From Callorhinchus milii (Eukaryota): a DNA stretch of 64,000 nucleotides. The number at the start of each line of letters is the position of its first letter. Within the stretch, counting starts at the first letter, position 1. The DNA lies in contig NW_024704742.1 in assembly GCF_018977255.1 (NCBI RefSeq), forward strand, positions 4,280,001 through 4,344,000. The letters are read 5' to 3'. Positions 36,521 through 51,552 of this stretch are shown piece after piece. A program made the translations under genes and the position numbers. The notes under the pieces were generated by a model, which saw only the letters and a list, made by a program, of their open reading frames with translations, ran no database searches and was not told where the DNA came from.

Positions 36521-39500
36521 ATCGAAAATGTGATTCTGTTTTGTTTGGGATTGAAAATCCAAACCTGATTTTTGTTAAAGATTGCAAGTGTCTGAAGTAG
36601 AATTTATTTTGTGAGCAGAAACTTTAACTATGTTAGGTTCACATGAATCTCTTGCCTCTGCTCTCTGCTCTCCAAATCTCCTCCTACTCCAGGACCATTC
36701 CCTCCGCATAACAACAACAACAATATAACCAGAGAAGCACACTTTATTATTACATTATACCCTGCAATGGTGAATGAAAGACTGGAACAATCCTTCAGAA
36801 CAGAGTTCAAACCCCCTGTATGCGATTCAGGGCTTTTTAAAAATGGTTTTGATTTTTCTGTCGGAAAAATTATTGCTTCCTAACAATGGAAGTGTGCTTT
36901 AGAGAATTATGGGCAATTCTTTTGCGTAATACGTAAGATGCAATTTTCTGCTCAGTGGAGTGTGTTTTTAATTTTGTGGTTATTGTAACCTTCGACCTTC
37001 CTTTCATCTCTCTTCTCCTCAGATAATGCAGTTTAAAAACAATACATTGAGTGCTTCACGTACAGTATTACATCACTGACCAGGCAATATTTAATCCTAG
37101 TTGGAGAGTTCAGTAAGATTAGGTCTATACATAGAGAACAGATTATGCAACAGGTTGTAATTTAGAAGTAATTCATGAAATGGTATTTTTCCAACAGTGG
37201 CAGCCAATATCTTGATAGAGGAGGGAGAGGAATTGATGCAAAGGCTCACAGACAAGGGCTAGGTGCAACTGACCATAATGCAAGAAGGTCCAGAGCCCTT
37301 CTCTATCCCCTCGACGCTTTACCAAGGAGCCATGTCAGAGAACACTATGCAATATGAGAGCAAAGTACACAGTGGTTATAACCTCAGTCCATGTTGCACT
37401 GAAGGTCACGGTATTTCTGAACTTTCTTGCTTCAGCTCTTTCAATCGCCCTCAGAAGCCTTACCTAGTCAAATTCTGTAGGTCAGTAAAATGGCCAGCCT
37501 CGCCATTAAATTCATTGACCGCCAGTAAAATAATAATAGAAGAATCCTATTATAACTGCACACCATCAAGGTTGGTATCTTTACCGACCAGGGTCTTGAC
37601 CAACAAGGGTAAGGGCAGGCTGTTGCTGTTATGTAATGTTGTTTGTAATGGTTCACTTTTCAGCTGCAGATAAGGCATTTCCAATACCTTCACATTGACA
37701 AAGGTTCTACTAAAATAATCAGCACAAAATATTTCATGTGTTAGTTTTAATAAGTCTGTAACAGACTAGTCAAAACAGTTCGGGAATGAATACACAAAAG
37801 AAGCAGCNAAAAAAAACCATGAAAGACTTTGGCAGGATTTGCAGATGGACTCTCAAACTCTATTACCGTCATTTGGATTTTTTTTCTAATTCCAATATAG
37901 GATTTCATGAAAACAGTGCTTTTTTTCTGAGAGGCATAATTCATGCGGGTTTGTACGCCATTGAGCACTTGGAGATGCAGGATGTTGAACACAGTTGTGA
38001 AAAGTTTTGCATGGACGTATGTCAATTACTAACAAGCTATAGTAGTGGCATGAGATATGCCATCTATTTCCACAAGATTGCTGAACTGCGCACTTTATTT
38101 TTTAATTTTTGGACAGCCGCATGTCTGACACGGGCGCAAACCCATCACTGTGTTTAAGAGTATCCAAACCAAACTGAGATTTTCATGCAGCCCACAGACA
38201 CGTGGAAATCCCAGACATAGGTTGTTGGAATGGAATGCGCACTCTCTCCCTGGAGGGACGCACCTTGCTTACTTAATTCCGGAAAGTATTAGGCGCAGGT
38301 TGGCAAGAGCCAAGGCTTGGAGACCCCAGAGTGTGCATTGGGGTAACTGCTGGAGTCTTAACCAGCTAAAACCGCATAGCTTGCCATTGATATTGCTGTC
38401 TGCAAAGCTTTCCCACTGCTTGTCCAACGAGGACCACCCTACCCATTAGGGCTTTGGCTTGCAGGGTTAACAGGAACCGAGTGGGATGACTCCCTGACCC
38501 CAGTGACTGGTCTGCCCTTCCAGGTTCTGCAATGAACCAGGCTGTGCTGTGCTGTCACAGAGGCTTGATTCCGACATACCGTTGCCAAACAAACCGTTGC
38601 CAGTTCAGCTCCAAGGAGACTTTGCTTACCTGCTCCCCAAGGAGGAAACGCACTTTATACAGTATAAGATCTCAGTTTGGTTTGGATACTCTTATACTCT
38701 TTATACAGTACTCCGAACCTACTGAAGTCACAAAACCGCGTTTTTATCTATTATTTCGATTTCAGTTAAAAACTATTCGCTGGAATTCTTGTTCTCCTGA
38801 AACCTCAGCCCCGTGACTCTGATCACAAGGAAATACTTGTCTGATTTTTTTCCGACCCTCCCCACCACCTCGAATCTACACACCCCCCATTTTGCATGAC
38901 AATCCCGAGACCTTTTGGGGTGCTTGGGCTGCCACTGCTCCCAGCAAACTAAACATTCCCCTTAACTGTTTATGTTCATATTTCTTTTACATTTCCTTTG
39001 GTGGTTAAAGGTACAAATCTTGATACTTATAATAGGATTTCCCCCATTATAAGTAAAGTCAATTAATTTACTGGCAAGGCGAGCCAAGTTACTGTCTCTC
39101 AACAGACTGTCGTTATTACTGGTAAATAGAAAGAATACAAATGTCCTTCTCTCAGTCAGTAGGACTATTAAATAAGAAAAGGAGAAAACATGGATATATT
39201 CCTCTGAACATTCGTGTGCTGTTTATAAAATGTAAGGTGTTGCATCAAATGCAAGAATTATTGTCGCAATAGAAACATTATATTTTCTTGCCATCTCACA
39301 GTGACTGGTTCTTTGCAGGTACAGTGATAGGGTGGTTACAGGTGACTTGGAAGCCAATTATTTAATGCAGAGGTTCACGCGTTGCTCAATAACTTGTATT
39401 TTATCTGAAGGTTTCTGTAAATCTCGGGAATTGAGATTTAATGCAATTTATGGAGTGAGAGAAATCTCAGAATCTGACTGAATGCAAATCTACCTCGCCA

Positions 39501-41104
39501 CACACCCAGCAATCATTGTAATGTCAGCATATGTAGGTTATTGACCCTGTGGATGTGTTGTGACATAACTCATGTAAGTGACTCTTTATTGATCACAATA
39601 TAGAGTAATGGACATATGAGAAGGAATTACAAGGCTCTAATCCAATCTAGGGGTGCAGAGGGCCTGGTAAAGCTGTGAGCGAGAATTGAGAGCAGTTTAT
39701 GAACCCAGAGATTGGATTACGGTCTTTTGCTCCTTCCCACGTGCTTGGTAACGATTCCAATATTAAACCTTTGCTGCTTAAAATGGGCAGTTTGTTTTCC
39801 CGTTGTTATGAACCGAATGGCTCTGAGGGTGAGATGCTGTGAATGGAGAGGAAGGTAATAAGGATAAAATAACGTGGCGCGTAATGATACTTTCTTCAGC
39901 AGTTGATTAGCTTGTGTGTGTGTGTGTGTGTGTGTGTAAATCCTACACATATTTTAGAATATTATTACAGTATGATATGGTATTAGATGACATACGGTGT
40001 CTATTCTGTAGCCTAAATCGATTGGCATTGAAGAACAATGATTGTTACTATTTTTTCTCCAGAGATGAGCCGTGTTTTAGGGGTGGGTGTCGGGGGGGGG
40101 GGGTTGGGGGGGAGCGGGAGGTGACGTGGGGAGCAGGATTAAAAATATCCTGGTGACTTCGCTGCGGTGGAACAAGATTTGAAATGACCAGGTGCGGTTT
40201 GTGCTGTCAAGTAACCCGTTTCTTGTGATAACTATCACAACCTTATTATGAACCAGTGTAATTTGAAGCAGCTTCTGTTCCCCGAGGTGACTCTACCATC
40301 TTCAGATTTTCTCCCCCAAGGTGCTCATGGAGGATAGGTCAGCGCATGACACCAACATTAATTACGCCACGTTATTAGCTTGCGGAGAGAATCCCATCAC
40401 AATTTGCAGGCAACATTCGGAAGAGCTGTACAGAAAGTGGGAACTCAAATACATTCCTTAAAACTTCTGAATGGATTCCACGAATATTCACCAGCCTCAA
40501 AGTGTAGGTGGTAGGGGGTGTGTGACATGTCATCTGTTCAACAATAATCTTATCAACACATTTCAAATGTCTTGAGAAGTGTGAACATTTTTAGCCATAA
40601 GAAACATAGTGATGTCTTTCTGTTGATAATGAATTATTTGCAGTCTCCAATCCAGGGATTTTAGTTGTTCGGTGAGTTGAAAAAGACCTTGAACAAGAAA
40701 ACTGCTGTATAAATGGTACCTCATGCTGGGAAAAAACACCTCAGGACATAAATTGCATCTCTTGCGGGAAATCGCATGGATGTTATGTTGACCTGGAAGA
40801 TTTTGGAGCAGAGTTCTTGCTCGCTTTCATGATATAGGGGTGGGCTTCCCTGAAGGAGGCAGACTTTACATTCCGAGCAGCCTGTGTGAGAAGAGATTTA
40901 AGATGTGGTTTTCCTGTCAGAATTGGGTTGTATAAACCATTTTATTGTCCTGAGGATAATAAAGTGGATAGAAAGAAAGCAGTTTTGAACAGAAAAATTG
41001 AGGGGATAGTTGAATATTTTGGAGTGTTTGCTTAATTACTTTCAGGATTCAGGAGAAATCTACATAGTATTTTTCCCAGAAGAATAAATTGACTGGTGTG
41101 AGAT

Positions 41105-41232
41105 AATAACAGTAACAATAATAATAATAATACCGCATTTGACATAGCTCCTTATCATGTTGTCGAGACGTCTCAAAGCTTTTCACAGGAAATACTCTAA
41201 AGTAGTTTGACTGCGTATTTTGTGAGCGAAAT
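41105..41232 (-). mobile_element. SINE 3' tail fragment
   Basis: Same tail, diverged. Confidence 0.75.
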
Positions 41233-41851
41233 GCCATGATAGAATAGGTTTGTAGAGTCTTTGGAAGATTGGTGTTTTGTTGTTCCATGCTTTCTTATAT
41301 TCTTACTTCAATGTTATGATCTTATTTCTCCATTAGTACAATATGTTCATCCAAAAGAAATAAAGGAGAAGAATCTTTTTCCAAGGATCTGTGATGAGAC
41401 TGGAGTCTTAAAGCAAACTAATGATCTTCCCTATTTCGGGATGAATAGGCCAATTGTTACTTGTCATGTTCTGTTTTAATTAGATGATTCTTGGCCACGA
41501 AATTATGCAGTTCTTTGAATGTAGGAATTAAAGTCAAATTAATTATTCTCTTGAAGAGTGAAAATGGAAAGAAACAAAGACTGCTGGCTACTTTTGAGTT
41601 TCTTTTACAGATCTCAAGAAACTAGTCTTCCTGAATATGGGTGCTGTAACATTCAGCACGTTGTAAATGTTACTGCCTACCTTCGTAAAGTCGTTGGCCA
41701 GATTGCCCAGTGATTTCGAGCCTGTTGTTTTAAACAGGCCAATGACTAAACCACACACACTATGCGACACGCATTAATTTACTCAGGTCAACTTCTTTCT
41801 CACATCTGCAAACCACCTGCTGTGAATTCTTCTACAAACGTGTGCGCTATA

Positions 41852-42219
41852 AATAATGATAATAATAATAATGATGATAATAATAATCCTTGCATTTGAT
41901 ATAGCGCCTTATCACATTTTCGAGACGTCTCGAAGCGCTTCACAGAATATGCTATAAAATTAATTGACTGTATATTTTGTGGGCGAAACGTGGCAGCCAA
42001 TTGCAACGAAGTGACCAATTTATTATCATTAATTTTTTGAAGGAGTTATTACCCCTGAAAAGCGAACCGCCAATCGACTAACAACCAGGTTCCTACGTAC
42101 TGCTAAGTAAACAGTGGCGTGTGGAGAAAGGAAAGTTGCCCAACATTTCGCCTTGCCCGGGAAACTAACCAAGGTCTACCACTTGCGAGGCGAGTGCTCT
42201 AACCACTGAGCTACAGGCC
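41852..42219 (-). mobile_element. tRNA-derived SINE, family A, full length
   Basis: (AAT)n-TCCTTGCATTTGATATAGCGC through to CACTGAGCTACAGG, the reverse complement of the family A layout. Confidence 0.9.
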
Positions 42220-43320
42220 TCCACAAAAACCTATTTCAAAGGAAATTTAAATTTTATAGCAGCATTGGTGGGCATCTAAAATATGAAACAAATGAGTCTG
42301 TTTTCACATTGTTTCCGAATTCCTTGTTAGCAGCTGCATTGTTGTATAATGTCAGGATTATTGATCCACCTGTTTGGCGACATTATGAATATATACTGGT
42401 TGAAGAGACTTGGGGATATAAAACATGATAGCGTGCAGATAAGGCACCATAAATATGTCAAAATGACATTGAAATAGGCTGCTATATCTGACATTTAAAT
42501 GTTTTTGCTTGAAATTCCTTAGAACTGCTTAATTGTGCATTGAAGATATTTTAAGCTATTTGACCGTTTTACATATACAGTAAATCCATATTTAAATTTA
42601 CAAGATCAATGTTTTTTTAAACAAAATCGAGAAATCTAATTTTAGAAATAGAAGTTGATGAATGTGTTGGAAATTACCTGGTAATTTACTAATACAGTAT
42701 GTGGATTACAATGCCCTGAACAATTTCGCAAGACAGAGATGACTTTTTCTTAAGTTGACATTTCCTTCCAGGGGGAATTCAGTTCAATAAACTGAGCAAG
42801 CACTATCAACCAATTAGCAGGTTCTCTGTGGCAGAGGCAAGAGATTGTGAATTATATCCTTTGTTTAAATGCCACCAGTGCTCTGTCATAATCAACAACA
42901 ACAACAACAACAACAACTTTCATTTATATAGCGTCCCAGAGCGCTTGACACATTCACACGTTTGGAGAGTCCATGGGTGTCAGGTTGAACGCGTTGACCT
43001 TTCTGGCTCCAGTGCTCCTCTGATCAACTGTTGGTGGCTCCGTCTAATGGTCAAAGCCAACTAACGATTGAACATATGGTGTTCAATTCAAGCTCCGAGA
43101 CACTACCCTGCATGAAATATAAATGCGAGTTGTTGTTGTCGTTGTTGTTCTACTGGTGAAAGATGGAACTTTTATTATGCTGAAACTCTCAAAGCACGTC
43201 ATGGGTAATTACCGTCAAGTGGTAGTGACTAACATAGTAATAATGATTGTTTTTGTACACTGCAAATGATGGTCACAGTGTTGGCTGAGACGGATCATAG
43301 CCCTTCATTTAGTATCTGTG

Positions 43321-43753
43321 TGTCAGCCTGGCACAGTGGTAGCACTCTCACTGACAGAAGGTTGTGGGTTCAAGCCCCGCGTCAGGACTTGGAATCACGT
43401 AGTCTAAGTTGACACTCCAGTGCAGCGCTGGGGGTCCGTTGCATTGTCGGAGGTGCCGTCCTTCGGATGAGACATTAAACCGAGGTTCCGTCTGACTGTT
43501 CAGGTGAACGTTAAGGTTCCCATAGCACTTTTCGAAAAGAGAAGGGAATTTCTCTTGCTGTTCTGGCCAACAATCTCCCAAATAAAATTGGTCATTCACT
43601 CCATGTCTCCGTGGGGACATTTCTGTGAGCAAATTGGCTGCCGCATTCGCCCACAAAATACACACAGTTGCTACACTTGACAGTGTATCCTGTGAAGCAC
43701 TTTTGAGATGCCTCGAAGATCTGATAAGATGCTATATCATACATGAGGATCAT
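43321..43753 (+). mobile_element. Deu-domain SINE (family B, SacSINE1/AmnSINE-like), full length
   Basis: tRNA-like head (CAGTGGTAGCACTC...GGGTTCAAGCCC), Deu core GGAGGTGCCGTCCTTCGGATGAGACATTAAACCGAGG, shared 3' tail. Confidence 0.85.
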
Positions 43754-44599
43754 ATATATATATACATATCTAGTACTTGGTTTTATTTAATTTTTAAAAA
43801 TAATTTTACATGAACTCAACTCTTCCAGAAAATTCTAAAATAATTCTGCTTGAAAACAGAACAAAATACGCGCAGCATTTGAAAAGGCTCTGTGTGCCTG
43901 TTACCAAAGACATGGCAGGAGTTCAGCGTCGCCTCCTGACTTCCATTGCCACCCCTTCTTGTCACTCAATCCTCCACGTTTCTCTGCCGAATGCAAAGAT
44001 TGAACTCGCATGAAACCGAATGACATCAGCGTGTCACAGGCTTCACTGTGGCTGTCAGGAGAACCTTTCTTTACAACACGTTTCTGCCACTTGTCAAAAA
44101 CGCCTGAAGCCAAAAAGCAATTTCGAAATAACTGAAAAAGAAAACGGCCGCTTAAAAATGCATGTTTTTTTGAAATACAACTTTCGATGAATAAGTACTT
44201 TTTGGATTTTTTTTCCCCAAATCAGCTATTTATTGGAGCTGTTGCTCTGGTGGTACATCAGACGGTATGTTAATTCCTCTGTGCAAAGAAAAAAGCATCC
44301 AAGTACCATTCGACTCCACGGATATTTAATGCTGAAGTTATACTGCACAAGTTTGGGTCCATTTGATATGATTTCCATTTTGAATTGATGCTAAAAGTAA
44401 ATTCGATTTGATGAATTTAAAAATCCTTTTCACTCCTTTGGCTTTTTCTCTGGACTCCTTGTTTGACTCCTTTTCTTTCCACTGAGACATGGTTCCTCAG
44501 CTCTCTGGCTCCTTGTCCAAACGGTCATTATTCATGTGAGGTCCTTGACTGTGTTGGGGGGAAGGGAGAAGGGGAAGAGACTCACCAGACATCTGTACC

Positions 44600-44870
44600 A
44601 TACAATACAATACAAAATGACATTTGTAAAGCGCCTTTCAAGTTAGGAGGATGTCTCAATGCGCTGGACAGTCAGGGATTTGGATCTGAGCTGGGGTCGG
44701 GATCGGGGAGGGTGGCTGAAGGCTCGGTCGAAGAGGAAGATTTTGAGATGTGCCTTGAGGGAGGGAGTGAGGCGAAGGAAATGTGGGATGAAGTTCCATA
44801 GGGTGGGGGTAGAAAGGCTGAAGGCCCGAGCGCCGATGGTGGAGCAGGCTGGGGGTGGGGTGGGTGCATG
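44600..44870 (-). mobile_element. L2-clade LINE 3' end remnant
   Basis: The minus-strand translation GARAFSLSTPTLWNFIPHFLRL...LKAHLKIFLFDRAF resembles the L2 ORF2 C-terminus. It is followed by a short 3' UTR and a (TTGTA)n tail. Confidence 0.75.
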
Positions 44871-47074
44871 AACCTCTAACAACAGTCATTAGTAATAGAG
44901 AGTCACATCGGTAAAACGGAAACTGGAAAAATCTGTCTTGGATGATGTTGAAAGCCAAAATTGATGGGAATGAAAACAAAGAAAGACCAAGATTTGCCTT
45001 CAAATACTGCTCTTTTTATAAATAGTCCATCAGTCTTCTTTTTTTAAACATCGATCAGGTTTAAAGTGATCACGTACTTCTCAATGGAATGAATTAGACC
45101 TAATGTAGGCTGAATCCTGTTTCCACATTTCTATGTTTCTATAAATTTTGGCTATTTTTGAAAAATGCTTTTATGAGGTAAGGAAATGCTTATTAAACAA
45201 TTGCAAAGTCTCTGCAGCAGCTCGAGGTGAAGGAATTGAGTAATGACACTGCGATGTAATTATTCAATTAATGCGGAATGTGTTATAAGATGTGGAATGG
45301 TTTTAACTGTTAGAATCCTTTTCACGAGGATCTATACAGTCTCAGGTCGGTCGCCCTTGGCTCCCGCCAATATCTCCTCACTTCTGACTGTGTCCTTCTC
45401 GACGTCTCTGACCTCTCTCTAAAATGTAACAAACCAGATGGTTTGTTCAATCATCTCCTCTGCCTTCTCCCTCAAATCCAGTGTCTGACCAAGACTGTTT
45501 TTCTTTACATCCACCAAATCGGATGACTCCAACCCTACCTCGTTTTAAATGCTGTTGAAACCCTCATCCTCTTCCCCCGCCACCTCCCGACTCCATGAAC
45601 TTCAACTCATCCAAAACTCTTCCGGCCACATCCTCGCCCACACCACACTTCCCATGTTCATTATCCCGGTCCTTATCAGGTTCCGCCAGCTTCCTGTCTC
45701 AGCAGATTCAACCTTACAGTAAAATCCTGGGAAGCGTTTTGAGATTACCTCCTGATGTGAAAGGAGCTATACCAAATGGATGAATTATTATTATGTTCAC
45801 CGTAACGAAACACAGTGAACATTACCATGGTGAGAATCATTGGTAACCTGTAGACATGCCCAATGGTGATCCATAAACTGACATCAATGAATTGCAGACT
45901 TTACTTCTTGTCGAATGAAGGTTTGTCCCCTCAAATAAGGATTTCTGTGTTCTATTGTGGTTCACATTTGTTTAACATAAAAGTGTGGGACCCATCAGGG
46001 AGCACATATATCACAATCATGATACTATATTTTTGTCCCCATTCAAACGCTGTCCTTTCAAAGTAAATCTTTTCAAAGTAACAGGGAAGGAATTACTTAG
46101 GAACGGTGACCAATCATATGCAACTAAACATTGTGTGTGTATAATACATGATATATATTACATTTTATTGTGCTTCTCATTTTACTTTTTCTGCTTAACA
46201 ATAAGATGTATATCCATGAGCTAGGATGTCAACTTAACTGTGTTGTTTGTACTCTTGCCTCTGCATTAGAAAGCTGTGTTGCTGGAGGTGTGTGATGTTA
46301 AACTGAGGTCTGTTCTGCCTGTTTAGATGGATGTTAAACATTCCTCATTACCAACCAATGCGATTGCTTTACTTAAAAGCAAGTTTCTGCGAAGTGCTTC
46401 TTGATGTTATATAAAATGTTTTTTTAAAAAAAAATTGGTTCATCAATCCATGACGGTAAAAGCACTGGGCTGGTGTTAATGCTAAGGAAGGGGCTTGGGA
46501 AAACAGAAATAAAGGTCAGATTGATACCTGAATTTACCTGCTGTCAGTCTCTCTGAGCTGATATAGAATCTGAATAATAGAATCTAGATAATCTCTTGCT
46601 ATCTTTGCCTGAACCATAGATTCCATTGGTTAGACGAGAAGCTTTCAGAAATGATCTGTTTATAGTCCGGAGCCAGGTCTGCCAGGTTCAAATAGTATAA
46701 AATATATAGCGCCATTCACATGGGCTACCCCACATGAAAGACAATATCAATGCAAGTTGTTGTTGAAGGTGTTGTACAAAAGGAAATACAGACTTGCAGA
46801 TTTCCTAAAACTTTCAGTCTTGATTGTATTGGGTTTTAACCCCAGAGATAGTTAGGATGGAATTATGGGTCAGTTCGGTGCGATTTTTTTTTAATGGATT
46901 TCTTAATTAGAAATCTGGAAGTCTGATTCCAACTTGTGGGAAACCCTCTCCTGCTCAACCTTGTTTTGGCTTCCCTCGAGGCAGAGAGAGCCCTGTGTGA
47001 CGTGTTTTCAGTTACTGGAATTCACAAGTAGTTCACAATCTCACAAAACCAACCTCTTGTCTTCTGCTCATCTA

Positions 47075-47295
47075 ACAATAATAATATCCTCACATTTGAT
47101 GTAACACCTTATCACGTCAGTTGTAGTGACTGTGTATTTGTAGATAAACCCAGCATCTAATTTACGTAAAGCAAAGTGCCACAAGCGACCATGACCAATT
47201 GTATCCAGGGAACTGTTGACCAGGACACAGGGAGAAACTCCTGAAGAGTCAGGCATCTTGTTTTAACATCTCATCCGAAGGACCACATGTCCAAC
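47075..47295 (-). mobile_element. Deu-domain SINE fragment
   Basis: Tail plus TTTAACATCTCATCCGAAGGAC (reverse complement of the Deu core). Confidence 0.7.
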
Positions 47296-50200
47296 AGCAG
47301 CTGTCGAGGCTGATGCTCCATTGTAATGGTGGGTGTGCGTTGCATTATTGGCAGTGCTGTCATTTGGATGAAACATGAAGCTTGTGTTAAAGAATGGGGG
47401 ACGTTATTATTACTCAATAACTCGTCGTCATGCTGCACAGCATGGATTTAGAGAAGGGTCAACATCCTGGTTCCATCCTTCGACAAAAGTAATTGCAAAA
47501 CTTCTGGCAGATTATCTTGGAATCTACGCCTCTCCACTGGGATATGTTGTGGCATATCGGACCCTCCATATTGGTTTGTGACTGACAGGTCCCGTGTCTG
47601 TCAGACAGCCTGATTGTGCAATTGAAATCACTTGCTAGTCTGAATAAATCCTCCTTGAACATATATGGGGACACTTGGCATCCCTCCCCTCATTCCTTTA
47701 CTGCGAACACTGTGAAATCTAATGAGTTGTAAATAGTTATTCTCGTTGGGTGATTTTTCTCATCTGCTTTCTTTAAGTCTCACACCCAGTGTTGTACACT
47801 TTATTTGACTGAGTAATTAATGTGCATGTGCCAGTGTTTTTGGTCTCATCGTTTTCCCTTTGTCGCTTGTTCTATGGAGTTAAGGAAAAATGATACCACT
47901 ATTCTAAAAAGAACATTAGCTCTGGTATCTGAGGATCTTGGGGAGGCTTTGAGGGTTTAAATAGCTCAATGGCCTGCATATCTTCAAAGTAATTTAAGTT
48001 AATACGGTACAAACATTAATACCGTTATAAAACACTAGCCGGGGTCCATAAATGTCAGTCTACCTTGTAATGGATATCACCAATCTCAGGACTAGTGATG
48101 TCACTGTGAATACGTGCAGAAAATCAGTCGTGGTGCAATTCATTGGATCACAAAAGTGGTTCAGATAAAGAAGGCCCTTTGACCCATTTGATCCTTTCCA
48201 ACACCCACCCTACCGTTCTCCCAATGTAGCATTAAATGAATCCAGTGACCTGGCTTCAGTCAGGCTTCCTAGCATCTTGGTCCAGTCGTTACTTACCCTG
48301 TGGATAAAGAAATACTTCCTGGTGTCCAGCCTGAAATTGCCCTTTGCAACTCTAAACCTTTGATATGGTTCAGTGGTCCTGACAAATGGATCCCTCCTGC
48401 CTCAAATGGTGACAAATGTCTCTTTTTAATTTCTTCAAGCTCCCTGTGCCTACTCCTTCAGTGCACATGTTGAATGGATAAGTTAGTACAGTGCGGCATA
48501 GCTTCTGTGATTCAGATGCATATGAGTGTAAGCTGTTGTTGCACCTTGCCGTTGGCGCTGGTGCCAGATAGATTTGGTGTGCTGGTGCCAAGTGTAACAG
48601 AGAACCACCAGCATTGGCTTAGTGCCGAGGAAAGCAAGACAGCAATGTTTACCTCGAAGCAATTGTCATAAGCTGCATTCACCGTGAAACTGCTGTCAGT
48701 CGAAAGGTTGTGAGGTTTAAAATTAATTTTATTATAAAAGTATTTCTTGCTTTGTAGCTCTTGTTTTGAGAGCTACAAACTGTTTCTCGATTCCTACCGC
48801 GTGAAAGGAAGCTGTCTGTTTCACTGGATCTTTTCCATCAGTAAAATCAGAATAGATTCATGGGCTCTGTCGCATTTTGAGTGCGCGTGTGAGGAACAGG
48901 CTGTGCCTCAACTCTCTTGCGCTCGTGTAACTGTAGCTCCCTGTTCACATCGCTTCACAAATGCTGTCGGTTCTGCACCTACACATGCAGTGCAATGACA
49001 GCATGAAGGTTAGCAATAACTCTCTTTACTGCTATAACTGTCTACATGGCCTGCTTTCCATTATTGAAGCTTAACCCTATGGGGTTTGGAAAGGGCAGTC
49101 TTGCATGTCCTGATGGTCCATCACTTCTTGTGGTTTTATAGGCCTAGACTATTTAGGTTGTCATTTGTGTGCATTTTTAAATACCATTTACGCCCACGAG
49201 CTGCTTTGCGTATGTATCACTTTGGTATCATTAAATGACTTGGGTAAGATATAGAGAGAAATTTTGGAGCCTTAAACACAATATTTATAACCGGAGTCGC
49301 AAATAGCCATTCCTTTAGGTAACGGGAAGCACCTCATTGTGATCTGACAAAGCCTACAATCAGGCATAAATTGCTATTTGTGACTCCTGTTATGAATATT
49401 GCATTTAAGACCGTGATGCCTCCGATCCAATTAGTTGGCTCTTTCAATCCCAGGATCGTTGCTCGGATGCTATCCAAGGCCACTAGATGGCACTTTGCCT
49501 GTGATAGCCAACCCCACCCAAAACACAAGTGAGGATGGACAATGTTGGCTAGCGCTGCTGCGAGTGCATCCCACGTTGATCCACTGTGGAGCAGAACTGA
49601 TGGAGTTATCAAGCCAATTGCAGACTGAATAGTCTCACCCCATGGGTGACTGAGCTGACAGCGAGACTTAGTGGCTTCTGCAAAATAATGACTCACGGAA
49701 ACAATTAAGCGTAGAAGAGAAGACCAGCACTTTTTCTGCGTTCTATTTATTTTTCCTCCTCCAGTTTTCTCTCTTGAAAGTGCTTATTCATGTTTAGGCA
49801 TGTATCGCTAAGTGGTACCTTACCCAAATGATCATCCTTCATTTGCGAGCCTGCACAGTGAGTGTTGCTTGGCTATTGGACTTCACAGCCTGCGCTCAAT
49901 TCCGAGTTACTGTACTATCTCTGAACTGCACCACTCAGTCTTTTATGAAACTCTCGTGAGCCTGGGACGGCCGACAGGCAGGGAAATAACAATAACGAAA
50001 AATGCAACTGCAAATTACTGATGTTTGGAGTCTCTCGAGACCAACAAGTAAAACTGCTTAACTTACAGACAAAAAGAAAAACAATAAATCAATATGAAAG
50101 CGCCTCCTGAAACAGTAAGATAATCCATGGCAAATAATCGCCTTGATGTCCGCAAGCAACATTTCTGTATGATGACAAAGATAGTTAAGACTGATAGCCT

Positions 50201-51552
50201 GATATTGTAAGTCAGTCTGGAGTATTGGGTCTAACCGTTTGATACATGAGTAACTAACACAGCGAGGCAAACAGGCTTGCACAGAAAGATATGGATTTTT
50301 CCTTTATGGTATGGAAAGGAAAATAAATTAAATGATGTTGGAACACATGAGGTGGTGGTGGGGGGGGGGTGGTGGAGATGGGGAGGGTAAGCTACTTCAG
50401 GCATTTGCAATTTAATTGATATTTGAAGGTAGGAAGCCAATCAGTATAAGTAAATTGACGTTATAAGATAAAAATGATCTCTTAATGGGATATCTTCCCC
50501 ACATCACAGTCACAGTACAAATAAATGTTGTCGAACCCCGGGAACAGCGTGATGGCAGTTACTGTGTATGACAGACCACTGTCAAGCCAGTGGGGTTCTC
50601 TCCATGCTGTAGTTTATTTTTACTGCATCTGTCTCTGCTCCCTGAGAGAAGGCAATGAGCAGTTTCACATTGATTGCTGTTTCAGCCAACAGCGGTTGAG
50701 AGAATGTAATTAATGACTCTATTTGCTCGAGCACTGCCGAGAACAATTGAGTTTGTTATGGCAACAACTGATGCCAGCTTCCCCAGGCTCAAGGGATGTG
50801 TTTAGTCTGGAGCTCAGCAGCCACCACTGGGCAGAGCACCAGATGATCCTCATGCACTGGGAGTGTTTGGCAAATGAAGTGTCAATAAAGTTAAGTGATT
50901 CAGTCCTACATTGTCAAACTGTGGTAGATGAGGAGGTGGAGTGATTTGATATATTGCCTGTAGTAACAGCCATCACAAAGAGTATTTGACCTGTGCATAA
51001 CTGGGTCTGTCGAAATCAGGAGGCAATAAATGAACAGTGGATCCAGATTGAGAAACATCTTTGAGAATATGAAAGTGGCATTGTTGGGATTGCGGTGCAC
51101 TTCATGACGTAAACTGTATTTAACTGAGTTTTCATTTTAGACGAGCATATAGTATTAATTATCAAAACGGTTTATTGTACAGAGAATATTACTTTGAACA
51201 GCCGAGCCCTTTTAGTACTGAAACCGACTCCCACCTCAAAATGTATTACGTTGGGATTTTCACTGTATCAGGAGCTTGTCACCTGAGTTTGATTTGCTGA
51301 CTTCTGCCTAAAATGGGTGAAAGGCGGCAGCTTGACTGTATTTACAATAAACAGTCAACTCTGCTCAAAGCTGCTGTTTTCTTAACATCGACCCAAAGAC
51401 TCTGATCTAAGGAAGATGCCAATTTATCTGCTTTTCTGTTTGATCCTGCACTTTTGCCCCCAAAATGCCTACTCTCTCCACATTCTGTAGCGGAACTGGA
51501 ATAAATACTTCTTAAAAAGTAGGATTAAGAGAATCATATTACGCATAGATTT

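Noticed and set aside
37808..37808. Single N base
   Set aside because: Assembly ambiguity next to a poly-A run, not biological.
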